Part shown: positions 1-8,938 of the stretch, one piece after another
Numbering within the stretch: the stretch's first letter is position 1
Layout: the number at the start of each line of letters is the position of its first letter
The notes under the pieces: model-generated
The model's input: the letters and a program-made list of their open reading frames with translations, nothing else
Told to the model about the DNA's origin: nothing
The model's database searches: none
Made by a program: the position numbers and the translations under genes
DNA from: Rickettsiales bacterium
GTDB taxonomy: Bacteria > Pseudomonadota > Alphaproteobacteria > Rs-D84
NCBI GenBank assembly: GCA_031279085.1
Contig: JAITJD010000009.1
Location: forward strand, 97,232 to 161,231
Reading direction: 5' to 3'
DNA length: 64,000 nucleotides

Positions 1-927
1 GGGTTTGGCGAGCCGATTCCGATTTCTGCCGAGCATAAAAAGGGCTTTGATAGGATTTACGAATTTTTGGAAAATATCGGCGGCGGAAAAGAAGAAACCT
101 TATCGGCAAATAATCCGGCTCTGAAAATTGCAATCCTTGGTCAGCCTAATGTCGGAAAGTCCACATTCGTTAATAAAGTCCTTGGCGAAAACAGGCAGAT
201 TGTAAAGGACGAGCCCGGAATAACCCGCGATACCGTCAAAATACCCGCAAAATTCTATGGGCGCGATATTATCTTAATGGATACCGCCGGCCTGCGCCGC
301 AAGGCGGGAATTACGGACGATGTTGAGACTTTGTCCGCATTAAAATCTTTGGATGCCATCGAGAAGTCAGATGTCGTAATTTTGCTGATAGACGCCACAA
401 AAGACATTGAAAACCAAGCGCTGGGAATAGCGTCGCGCGTTTATGACGTCGGTAAGATTTTATGCGTCGCGCTGAATAAATGGGATTTGGTTCCGGAATA
501 TGAGCGAGATGACAGGCTGCTGAAACTAAAACACCAGTTCGGCAACTCTTTTCATCAGATTATAAAGCCGCTTGTTTTGGCGGTTTCGGCGGAGAATGGC
601 GCTGGCGTTAAGAATCTGTTCAAGCGGATTTACGAACTTTGGGATATTTCAAATTCTCGCGCTCCGACCAGCCTGATAAACCGCACGATAGAAAAGCTGG
701 TTGAAGCGCGCCAGCCACCGATGTCGCGTTTAAAGCGCCCGATGAAAATAAAATTCGCATCGCAGACAGGAACGCATCCGATGCGGATAGTCTTGAATGT
801 CGGCGGCGCGTCGGACATGCCGGAAAGCTATACGCGATATTTGCGCCGCGGACTAGCCAAAGCGCTGAATTGGGAGCAGCTGCCGATAATCTTGGAATAC
901 AAAAAGTCCGAGAATCCATTCGATTAA
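1..927 (+). CDS. der: GTPase Der/EngA, 5'-truncated by the window edge (second GTPase domain plus KH-like tail)
   Basis: Frame 1 is open from nt 1 (GFGEPIPISAEHKKGF...) into the listed ORF. P-loop GQPNVGKST, ITRDT, DTAGL and NKWD motifs are present. Stop at 925-927. Confidence 0.9.
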   Translation, partial: GFGEPIPISAEHKKGFDRIYEFLENIGGGKEETLSANNPALKIAILGQPNVGKSTFVNKVLGENRQIVKDEPGITRDTVKIPAKFYGRDIILMDTAGLRRKAGITDDVETLSALKSLDAIEKSDVVILLIDATKDIENQALGIASRVYDVGKILCVALNKWDLVPEYERDDRLLKLKHQFGNSFHQIIKPLVLAVSAENGAGVKNLFKRIYELWDISNSRAPTSLINRTIEKLVEARQPPMSRLKRPMKIKFASQTGTHPMRIVLNVGGASDMPESYTRYLRRGLAKALNWEQLPIILEYKKSENPFD

Positions 928-938
928 CATTGCGGCTT

Positions 939-1688
939 TTAAAAATAATATTTTAATCCAACGCGCAGTCCGCTGATTCGGGCAAAGCCGTCATTCTGAC
1001 TGAGAAATTGCGACAGACTGAATCCATGGCGGTATCCTATATTCGCAATAATGTCTTTTGATATGTTGAATTCTGCGCCAATGCCGAGATGCATACCCAG
1101 TCCAAAGTGGCTTTCGTCCGCGTTTAGGTCGCCTGAATATTTCAGTTTTGAAAATGTGAGTTCAGGGCCCAGATCCAGATAAAATGACGGATTCATAAAA
1201 GACAACGCAAGCCCGCCGCCACCAAATGTAATAATGTCCAACGCATGATAGAACACCCAGTTTGCAACCTTGGGATAGCTGATGTGATAGGCGATATAAA
1301 CATCATAATAAGTCGCGCTGGTTTGAATGTCGTATTCCGCTCCGACAATATTGCTGCCGCCGATGACCGAGCCGATGTCTTTCATATCTTGCTTTCCGGT
1401 ATTTATGTATGCGCCGCCAAGATAAAAACCATGCCGGTTTTTTTTGCCATAGCCGAATTGCAATTCCAACGCATTGTTTGACCGGTCGAATAAGTCATTC
1501 CGATGGCGGTTCAAATTAACGCCATCTATGATTGCGAAGGTGTTGCGATATTCAGAACCAGCGGGGGCGCCGGCGTTCGCATTCAGGTATGCGGCCTGAG
1601 TAAAAAACCGCCAATTGACATCGGATTCCGCCGCCACGGCCGCGACGGGCAGACATGCGATTCCGAATAAGAATAAAATTTTTTTCAT
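939..1688 (-). CDS. outer-membrane beta-barrel protein (small porin / OmpA-like transmembrane family)
   Basis: Signal peptide MKKILFLFGIACLPVAAVAAE, alternating Gly/aromatic beta-strand pattern, and C-terminal ...GLKYYF with the terminal Phe typical of BAM substrates. Confidence 0.6.
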   Translation of the reverse strand: MKKILFLFGIACLPVAAVAAESDVNWRFFTQAAYLNANAGAPAGSEYRNTFAIIDGVNLNRHRNDLFDRSNNALELQFGYGKKNRHGFYLGGAYINTGKQDMKDIGSVIGGSNIVGAEYDIQTSATYYDVYIAYHISYPKVANWVFYHALDIITFGGGGLALSFMNPSFYLDLGPELTFSKLKYSGDLNADESHFGLGMHLGIGAEFNISKDIIANIGYRHGFSLSQFLSQNDGFARISGLRVGLKYYF

Positions 1689-1734
1689 ATTGCTCGATTA
1701 ATTTTTAAGGCGCATTTCTGCGCCTTGATGTTTT

Positions 1735-2475
1735 TTACCATGTCGGGGCGTGGTCGCCTTCCTTTACTATCGGCTGCTCGTCTTCCCATACCGACAGGCC
1801 GGTCTTCAAGTCCGTCAGAGTCAGCTGCAAATAATATTCGACGCGGGTGTCGGTGCTGGAAAACCAACCGGATTTCAGGCCGATGTTTCGTTGCAGCATT
1901 TTTCCCGACAGCGACATGTTCGGCGCCACCAAAGTTCCTTTGCCCGCAATGGTGCCGGCGTCATATTCCGCATTGCCGCGGGTTTCGCGCATTTTATGCG
2001 TGGTTTCGTCTTCGGCCACATTCTTTTCATATTCAACTTCGGCGTATCCCTGAGCCTTGGCTTCAAGCGAAGACGAATGTTTCGGGCCGCCGCTGACCGC
2101 TTTTAATTCGGCGGATACAGGAATATAGCCCGTGGCGGTCGTCGTCTTGTTTTGGAAGCCGGTCGTTATCTGCGCCTTGCCCGAATTGACAAGGGTCGTG
2201 CGGATTTTCTTTATCAGTATGTCCGTATCGAATCGCTGCATGGTGTCGTTTTCGATATTTGCGATTGCTATCACAGGACTTTTGACTTTGGCAAGCGCGC
2301 CGCTGACAACCATAGAGTTTGTCATTTTCTCCGCAGTGTTCGTCCAGTCGCGGTATTCCAGCTCCATAACCTGCTGCATGTTGGCGACTTCTCTTTCGCT
2401 GTTCAGGTCAACGGTGCGCGTTTCGCCGCAGGCAGCCAATGCGGCCAGCATCGCTATAAATGATAATCTTTTCAT
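1735..2475 (-). CDS. LpoB-like penicillin-binding-protein activator lipoprotein (putative)
   Basis: Lipobox LAALAAC. The core VIAIANIENDT..FDTDILIKKIRTTLVNSGKAQ and the C-terminal SLSGKM...YYLQLTLTDLKTGLSVWEDE resemble the LpoB/COG3417 family from memory. Confidence 0.55.
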   Translation of the reverse strand: MKRLSFIAMLAALAACGETRTVDLNSEREVANMQQVMELEYRDWTNTAEKMTNSMVVSGALAKVKSPVIAIANIENDTMQRFDTDILIKKIRTTLVNSGKAQITTGFQNKTTTATGYIPVSAELKAVSGGPKHSSSLEAKAQGYAEVEYEKNVAEDETTHKMRETRGNAEYDAGTIAGKGTLVAPNMSLSGKMLQRNIGLKSGWFSSTDTRVEYYLQLTLTDLKTGLSVWEDEQPIVKEGDHAPTW

Positions 2476-2486
2476 GTCTTCTCCTT

Positions 2487-3758
2487 TTATTTTATTTTTA
2501 TAACTTTCGCATCATAAGTATTCCCGCCCAGGCGCACATAAACCAAGTGATTTCCTGTTTGGGGCACTTTTACTTCCGCAATCAGGTTATCACCGGATTT
2601 CAACTCAATCAAGCCGCTTTTGTCTTTTTTTACGCGCAGCAGGTAAATGCTTTTCGGCAGTGTCGCCCATGTTCTGACTTCCGCGCTGGCGCTGGCCATG
2701 GAATATGCCGTCGCCGCCAGTCCCATCAGCCCTGAATATTTGTTGTTCGAATTGTACAGCGTCGCCTGCAACACCGCCTTGGCCACGGCGGAGCCCCAAG
2801 CGCGCAAAGCCTCGTTCACTCGGTATTCGCCGTATTCGGTCATAAACATGGCGTCAATGTCCGCCAGCAGCTGCGACGAATCTATATGCGCCGAGTTATT
2901 AAAGAATACCGGCTCTGACACTGCGATGGAGACAATTATGATTTTGTTTCCGGCCGGCCATGGCATGCTGAATCTTTTTTCGCGCAGTTTCGGCGCGAAT
3001 CCGGATTCTATGAACACCCATGACATTCCGGACGGGATTTGGCTGGATTTTGCGGATTCCAAGTCGCTTTTTATGAATTTGTTTTCCGGCATCATTCCGC
3101 TGGCGCGCTTTAAATAAGTTTTAGCATCTTCAAATTTTCCGGCATTTAAAAAATAAATTCCGGACAAGTATGTCAGCGCCGGATTCATGATGTCGCGGAA
3201 TGCCGTCCATTGCGAGTTCTCGTTTTTCAGATTTTCGGCCAGCTTTTCATTTTCGGCGCCGGCCTTTTGATTTTCTTCTATCAGTTTTTCATATTCGCGG
3301 CTCATTTTCTGCTGGCGGTCGTAAGATTGGTTTATGACCACGCGCGCGTCGTCCGGACGATCGTCGGCCAGCGCGTCCCAAATCTGGTAATAAGACACAA
3401 ACAAGGCGTCCATCATATAAGGGCGATAGTCGTTCGCCATGTTCCCGCCCACTATGGCGCCGGCTTCGCGCCAGAAATCACCGCCAGTCAGATCCAGCGC
3501 GCGCCGGTTGAATTCTTCATAAGCGCGGTCGCTGGCGGCGAATTCGTTTTCGTGAAACAGTCCGTCAGCGGTTATCAGCAGCTCTAAATTATCCTGTTTG
3601 GGAATATTTTTCGCGCCGGAGAATTTTTCAGACGCAGCCGCGTAGTCGCCCATGCTGTAAACATCGCGCACATCGTCAAGTCTTCTTTCCATATTTTGGG
3701 CGCAGGCGCACAGGCCGAACGCCAAAAAGCAAATAATATATGCCGGTTTTATTTTCAT
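2487..3758 (-). CDS. lipoprotein with helical-repeat (TPR-like) composition, function unknown
   Basis: Lipobox FGLCAC. A 423-aa ORF that almost abuts the LpoB-like gene (11-nt gap), suggesting an operon. No catalytic motif recognised. Confidence 0.45.
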   Translation of the reverse strand: MKIKPAYIICFLAFGLCACAQNMERRLDDVRDVYSMGDYAAASEKFSGAKNIPKQDNLELLITADGLFHENEFAASDRAYEEFNRRALDLTGGDFWREAGAIVGGNMANDYRPYMMDALFVSYYQIWDALADDRPDDARVVINQSYDRQQKMSREYEKLIEENQKAGAENEKLAENLKNENSQWTAFRDIMNPALTYLSGIYFLNAGKFEDAKTYLKRASGMMPENKFIKSDLESAKSSQIPSGMSWVFIESGFAPKLREKRFSMPWPAGNKIIIVSIAVSEPVFFNNSAHIDSSQLLADIDAMFMTEYGEYRVNEALRAWGSAVAKAVLQATLYNSNNKYSGLMGLAATAYSMASASAEVRTWATLPKSIYLLRVKKDKSGLIELKSGDNLIAEVKVPQTGNHLVYVRLGGNTYDAKVIKIK

Positions 3759-3803
3759 AATAGGATTATACTACAAATCATCAGCCAGTCAATAGCCGCC
3801 GTG

Positions 3804-6059
3804 TCATGCGCTTAATATTTTGATTTCGTTTGTCTTGGGATTATAGATTTTCGGGATTCCGCCGTAGCCCATTACCGCATGATGCAAAGGGATTAGAAAT
3901 TCCGGCAATGGCGAAGCCTCGCCCATTTTCACTTTGTCGTCCAGTTTGATTTGAACATCGTTTTTTCTTAAAAAGTGCCTTTCCTGATCCGCTTCTATGG
4001 GTCTGTTGTAATAGCCTTGTATCAGCACGACCTGCTTTCCTGTCGGCAGCTTCATCAAATCCATCGGCGTATACAGCAATTCTTCTTCCGGTGTTTCGAC
4101 TTCTTTTCCCTTGTCGTCTGTTGTTATTTTGATTTTCATTTTGTTGCCTATCATTTCTGAAAACCGTTTTGCCGTGTCCGGATCATTTTGGCGCATGATG
4201 ATTTTTGCCGCAGTCGTGGATATGATGGTCGATGCGGCGTCATTGCCGTATTTTTCCGAAATCTGGTGAATATCCTGTCCGATTATCAGGTATGATATTT
4301 TCTGTCCGCGCCCCAGATCGGGCCCCTGGATGACCGCTTGCAGCTTTTGCATCTTGGGCATTTCGTCCAATACGAACAGCACGGGACAAGGACCCATTTT
4401 CTGACCCAGACTGTTGGTTGCGTTAGGCGCGTTGGCCAGCAGAAAGTTGGACATCAGCTCTATAAAAATTCCGGTGATGGGATTCAATGCCTCGGCATCG
4501 ACCATATTTATGGACAGATAGACCGAGACCGGTTTGATTTTTCCATCGCGCGGGTCGCGCATTCCGCGCAAGTCCGAGAGGTGAAAATCCGAATGGCTGG
4601 TGCGGTTGCGCACGGCGGCATTGCGGAAAATCCCAAGTCCTGTCATGACGGTGGACAAGATGGAACCGCGCTCTTTGTCGGGGGTGTTCGCCAGTTGAGT
4701 CAGTTCCAAAACGGCGCGGTGCGCGTATGAATACTGCCTTGCCTCATTGACGGCGTTCAGGAACAAATCTTTCATCGGATCCGACAGCATGACCATTTGG
4801 TCGCCTTCTTTGCGGCGGTTTTCAATTGAATCTGCGATTTGTATCTGACTTGCGTTCTGCCAGTCCAAAAGCATTGACAGAGACGCTTCTTTGCCGCGCC
4901 AAGCATCCGGAATATTCGCCCAGGTTCCGATATGCACATAATTCATGGCATTCATCTGGCCCGAGCGCAGCAGGCTCAGCGCTGCATAAGCGTTCGGATC
5001 ATTCATCATCGATGTGTAGTAATCGCTTAATACCGCCGCGTCTTCGGCGTCGAAAGTGCCCGCCTCTATTCTGGAATAAAAATAATCGTTGGCCTTGGCG
5101 CGCTCTATCTTCGACACGATGAATTGAATCAGCCCCGACAGCGCGGAGCGGCCGGACAACGTCCAGTGCGGATCAGCGGACGACGACGCTTTTTCCGCAA
5201 TCAGAATATTGCACATGGAGTCTATATACAAATCGCGCTGCTCGCTGTTGGTCGGAACATGCTCTGGCGACAGCGGGTTCCAGCTGGGATAATATATTCC
5301 GTTTTCCGGATTGTCCTGTCCCGCCCAGTTCATGATGAACACCGGCCCGACAGTCGCGCGGTATGCGGAAGTTTGTTGTTTTAATTCCGGCTTTGGGTCG
5401 TTGATTATCATTGAAACACTGTCGCATTCAAGAATGGTCGGCACGACCACGCCTGCGGTTTTACCGGCTCCGGGCGGCGCGACGCATAAAGCCGACAAGC
5501 ATTCGTCAAACATCAGGGGCTTTTTCTTAAAGTATCCCAGAACCATCATGAATCCGCTGAACAGGCCGTTTTTATTTTTATAGTCGGTCCCCATTTGCTT
5601 GATGTCTTCTTCGGTCGCCTTGTTGGAGGATTTTTCTTTGAACTTGTCTTTTCCGTGCGGATTAAATTCCTCAATCAAGGTCGCATGCGCCAGAAAATGA
5701 TAGACTATTATTGGAATCAGCGGACAGATGCAGGCGATGTCTGTGCGCATCAAGGTTCTTTGCAGCCAGTCGGGAATCTCTGCAAGGACGGAAAGCCCGC
5801 CGGAGAAAAACATGTTTTCAAAATATACCGACATCCACTTGGCGGTTGCCGGCGACATGCCGTACCGCCACAAATGCTCGACAGCAAAGGCAATGCCGAA
5901 CGCCAGCGCACAGCCCAGCCATATTCCGGTGGCCCAGCGAATGCGCCAGAACAGCTGCGCCATTGGTTTTTGCAGATGCGGTTTGTAAGAGCTGGACTTG
6001 AATATATTCAAGCCCTTGGAATCTTCGCCTGCTGATAAAATCTTGAACTTGCCGGCCAT
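3804..6059 (-). CDS. virD4: type IV secretion coupling protein, VirD4/TraG family
   Basis: N-terminal TM helices, Walker A CVAPPGAGKTAGVVVPT, Walker B PVLFVLDEMPKMQKL, and a LIIGQDIHQISEKYG motif. The start is ambiguous (ATG at 6059, 6092 or 6131); none has a good SD, and the longest overlaps rsmE. Confidence 0.8.
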   Translation of the reverse strand: MAGKFKILSAGEDSKGLNIFKSSSYKPHLQKPMAQLFWRIRWATGIWLGCALAFGIAFAVEHLWRYGMSPATAKWMSVYFENMFFSGGLSVLAEIPDWLQRTLMRTDIACICPLIPIIVYHFLAHATLIEEFNPHGKDKFKEKSSNKATEEDIKQMGTDYKNKNGLFSGFMMVLGYFKKKPLMFDECLSALCVAPPGAGKTAGVVVPTILECDSVSMIINDPKPELKQQTSAYRATVGPVFIMNWAGQDNPENGIYYPSWNPLSPEHVPTNSEQRDLYIDSMCNILIAEKASSSADPHWTLSGRSALSGLIQFIVSKIERAKANDYFYSRIEAGTFDAEDAAVLSDYYTSMMNDPNAYAALSLLRSGQMNAMNYVHIGTWANIPDAWRGKEASLSMLLDWQNASQIQIADSIENRRKEGDQMVMLSDPMKDLFLNAVNEARQYSYAHRAVLELTQLANTPDKERGSILSTVMTGLGIFRNAAVRNRTSHSDFHLSDLRGMRDPRDGKIKPVSVYLSINMVDAEALNPITGIFIELMSNFLLANAPNATNSLGQKMGPCPVLFVLDEMPKMQKLQAVIQGPDLGRGQKISYLIIGQDIHQISEKYGNDAASTIISTTAAKIIMRQNDPDTAKRFSEMIGNKMKIKITTDDKGKEVETPEEELLYTPMDLMKLPTGKQVVLIQGYYNRPIEADQERHFLRKNDVQIKLDDKVKMGEASPLPEFLIPLHHAVMGYGGIPKIYNPKTNEIKILSA

Positions 6060-6079
6060 TGTGCTACAATTATAGCACA
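6060..6079. promoter_or_regulatory. 20-bp palindrome TGTGCTA-CAATTA-TAGCACA in the virD4/rsmE divergent region (possible operator)
   Basis: Perfect 7-bp arms separated by 6 bp, immediately upstream of the 6059 start candidate of virD4. Confidence 0.3.
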
Positions 6080-6095
6080 AAACAGCGGACATGGA

Positions 6096-6761
6096 ATGAA
6101 AAATTTGCCGAGAATTTTTATAAATGAACAAATAGAGGCTGGAAAATCATATCTGCTGACGGCGGCTCAGTCGCATTATCTGACCAAAGTTATGAGGGTC
6201 GGCAGGTGCCTGATTTTTAACAACGGCTTGGAGTTTTCGGCGGAATTGGCCGGCGATTCAAAATATTTGGTTGCGGGCGCCCAGACCGGACGCCGCGACC
6301 CGTCGAATGACATGACTTTTTGTTTCGCGCCGGTAAAAAAGATTGACGAGATGCTGAACATGGCGACGCAGATGGGCGTCGGGCGCATGCAGCCGGTCAT
6401 AACCGAACGCACTGTCGCGCGTCATGCGAATTGGGGCAGGATTGAGAAAATAATAATAGAAGCGTCCGAGCAATCGGGAAGAAATTCTATTCCGGAATTG
6501 GCGGCTCCGATAATAATGGACAGCTGGATAAAAAAACAAAGGGAAAAGATAGTTTTTGCCGATGAAAGGCTTGCGCATTGCGACAGCCATTCCGCAAATC
6601 TGCCTTTTCGCCCTTCTGTTCTTTTAATAGGCCCCGAAGGTGGATTTTCGCCGGCCGAATTTGCCGCGCTGGATAATGCGGGCGCGGTCGGCATATCGCT
6701 GGGGAAAACGATTCTTCGTGCGGAAACAGCCGCGGTTGCGGCATTGGCGAAAATATTATGA
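6096..6761 (+). CDS. rsmE: 16S rRNA (uracil1498-N3)-methyltransferase
   Basis: N-terminal MKNLPRIFI and the hallmark C-terminal LLIGPEGGFSPAEF...LGKTILRAETA. Confidence 0.85.
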   Translation: MKNLPRIFINEQIEAGKSYLLTAAQSHYLTKVMRVGRCLIFNNGLEFSAELAGDSKYLVAGAQTGRRDPSNDMTFCFAPVKKIDEMLNMATQMGVGRMQPVITERTVARHANWGRIEKIIIEASEQSGRNSIPELAAPIIMDSWIKKQREKIVFADERLAHCDSHSANLPFRPSVLLIGPEGGFSPAEFAALDNAGAVGISLGKTILRAETAAVAALAKIL

Positions 6762-7546
6762 AAGTCAGAATAGCAAAATTTTTAGCGGAACGCGGCGTCG
6801 GCTCGCGCCGCGCTGCGGAAAAGCTTGTTGAATCCGGCGCGGTTTCAGTCAACGGCGCGACGGTAAGCAGTCCTGTGTTTTTTGTTGACGGCACTGAGAA
6901 AATCACGGTGTCGGGCAGAATGATAAAGCCTGAAAAGGAAACGAGATTATATGCGTTTCACAAGCCGGTAAATACGCTCGCGACCGCCAGCGACCCGTCG
7001 GGGCGGCGCACTATTTATGATGTTCTGCCAAAGCGATTCGGAAATCTGAAATATATCGGCAGATTGGATTACAAGACCACGGGGCTGCTGCTGCTGACAA
7101 ACGACGGGGAACTGGCGCGGCGGCTGACTTTGCCAGAGAATCATGTCAAGCGCGTTTATATCGCGAAGCTGCATCCGAAAAAGTTCGGCGACGCCTCCGT
7201 GTCCGGCGCGCGGAGCATGACGGCGCTTAAAAAGTTTCTTTCGCCGACATCGGCGGACGATTCTGTTTTTGACATTCTGCGCACCGGCGCCAAAATCGGC
7301 GGCGTCAATTACGCGCCGATGCGGATAGATTTAATATCCAGATATCCGCTGAATGTGAAAATAACTTTGACCGAGGGGAAAAAAAACGAAATCCGAACAG
7401 CATTCGATTACATCGGGCTGCCGGTCGCCAAGCTGCATCGCGTTTCTTATGGAGAAATCAAGCTTGGAAATCTTTCCGCAGGAAAAATTATAGAGCTGGA
7501 TAAGCGCGAGATAGAACGCGTTTGCGGCAATATTCGCGATTTGTGA
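6758..7546 (+). CDS. rluB: rRNA pseudouridine synthase, RsuA/RluB family with N-terminal S4 domain
   Basis: S4 motif RIAKFLAERGVGSRRAAEKLVESGAVSVNG and catalytic GRLDYKTTGLLLLTNDGELARRL. 4-nt overlap with rsmE. Confidence 0.8.
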   Translation: MKVRIAKFLAERGVGSRRAAEKLVESGAVSVNGATVSSPVFFVDGTEKITVSGRMIKPEKETRLYAFHKPVNTLATASDPSGRRTIYDVLPKRFGNLKYIGRLDYKTTGLLLLTNDGELARRLTLPENHVKRVYIAKLHPKKFGDASVSGARSMTALKKFLSPTSADDSVFDILRTGAKIGGVNYAPMRIDLISRYPLNVKITLTEGKKNEIRTAFDYIGLPVAKLHRVSYGEIKLGNLSAGKIIELDKREIERVCGNIRDL

Positions 7547-7567
7547 AATTTATCTTGCAGAAAAGAA

Positions 7568-7596
7568 TTGACGCGCTGTAAAAATCTTTTTATAAT
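7568..7596 (+). promoter_or_regulatory. sigma70-type promoter TTGACG-N17-TATAAT
   Basis: Near-consensus hexamers with exact 17-nt spacing, about 195 nt upstream of the TPR gene start. Confidence 0.55.
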
Positions 7597-7791
7597 GGCA
7601 TTGTAATCAGATAATTTTATGCGCCGGACGCGCGGAAAAAGGCAGTGGATAGTTTTTAGATTGGGCGAATATTCGTGTTATTTGTTTGAATACACAAGGT
7701 GCGTTCCGCACAGATTCGGTTCTTTATTTTGTTCCATGTCGGCGCGCATAAAAACAGTTTGATTGCAAAACCTGTAGGAAGGGAGATTCTG

Positions 7792-8775
7792 ATGAGAAAG
7801 ATAAAAACAGCCTCAAAAAAACCGGCGGTAGCCGCCAAAAAATCAGCCTTGATTGAAAAAAGCACAGAAACGGCAGCCTCTCGGTTTAATTCGTGGTCGC
7901 TTTCAATTTTTGTTTACTGGTTTGTCATTTTGTTCTTCATATCCGCCACATTTTACATACTCGGGCGCAGCCATAGCTTTTTGCGTCCATCGGACAGCAA
8001 TGTGGAGATAACCGAGGAAGCTTTGATGAAGCCGAATGATTATTTTAATTCCGGCAAGACGAAATTGCTGGCCGGGAATGTTGACGAGGCTATTGCCGAC
8101 CTGACAGTCGCGCTGGATTCCGACGACCCGTCGGCCGATGCCTTTATCCTGCGCGGAGAGGCGTACATGCAGTCAGGCAATTATAAAGACGCGATGGAGG
8201 ATTTTAACAGCGCCGTTAAAATAGATTCTTTGAATTCCGTTGCCTTTTATGACCGCGCGTTGCTGTATATGCGTTTGGAAGATTATTCGGCCGCTTTGGC
8301 GGATATCAATAATTCTCTGGCCGCGCGGGCGGTTCGTCCGAACGACATTTTGCAGCTGCGCGATATATACGCAAAGCGCGGACAGTTGAATTTATGGCTG
8401 AAAAATTGGGAAGGCGCGGTTGGAGATTATACGAATTCATTGTCGCGCCCCGAAGGGATTGTCAGCGCGTCCGTATACGCGGAACGCGCGGAGGCATACA
8501 CGGCCCTGAATCAATATCCGGCAGCGATTAATGATTACATATCCGCCGTCCGGATAATATCAGAGCAAATACAAGGCGCGCCCAGCGCGGAAGCCCGGGA
8601 AGATTTGTCGCGCAACGCTTTAAATTACTTTGAAAAGTCTGCGGCGCTGAATGTGCGGATAGGTAGTTTAGAGGCCGCAAAGTCCGACTTGGAATCCGCC
8701 TATGCCATAGCGGTTGCATTGAATGATGCCGAGACAGTTGAAAGATTGAAAAGTTTGATTAGCGAGATGCAATAA
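7792..8775 (+). CDS. membrane-anchored TPR-repeat protein
   Basis: GGGAG SD 7 nt upstream of ATG 7792. One TM segment (WSLSIFVYWFVILFFISATFYIL) followed by repeated A..Y..RG.AY...G.Y..A..D TPR-like units. Confidence 0.7.
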   Translation: MRKIKTASKKPAVAAKKSALIEKSTETAASRFNSWSLSIFVYWFVILFFISATFYILGRSHSFLRPSDSNVEITEEALMKPNDYFNSGKTKLLAGNVDEAIADLTVALDSDDPSADAFILRGEAYMQSGNYKDAMEDFNSAVKIDSLNSVAFYDRALLYMRLEDYSAALADINNSLAARAVRPNDILQLRDIYAKRGQLNLWLKNWEGAVGDYTNSLSRPEGIVSASVYAERAEAYTALNQYPAAINDYISAVRIISEQIQGAPSAEAREDLSRNALNYFEKSAALNVRIGSLEAAKSDLESAYAIAVALNDAETVERLKSLISEMQ

Positions 8776-8777
8776 AG

Positions 8778-8803
8778 AAACGCGCCGCCGGCGCGTTTTT
8801 TAT
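8778..8803 (+). terminator. Rho-independent terminator
   Basis: AAACGCGCC-GCC-GGCGCGTTT stem followed by a T-run. Confidence 0.75.
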
Positions 8804-8938
8804 TATTAATCAAGTCGCGGGTCTTGGTTCAGCCCGATTTAGCGCCGGAACCGCCAATCAATGCGGCGAAACAAATTATTTGTAAAATTCTTATTTATTT
8901 TAATCTTATTTTATGCTAAAATTCTTGGCAGAGAGAAT

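Noticed and set aside
7597-7791. ~195-nt leader between the strong promoter at 7568-7596 and the TPR gene, considered as a possible sRNA or riboswitch.
   Set aside because: There is only weak partial complementarity (ATGCGCCGGACGCGCGG versus CATGTCGGCGCGCAT) and no match to any RNA family I can recognise, so it cannot be supported from the sequence alone.
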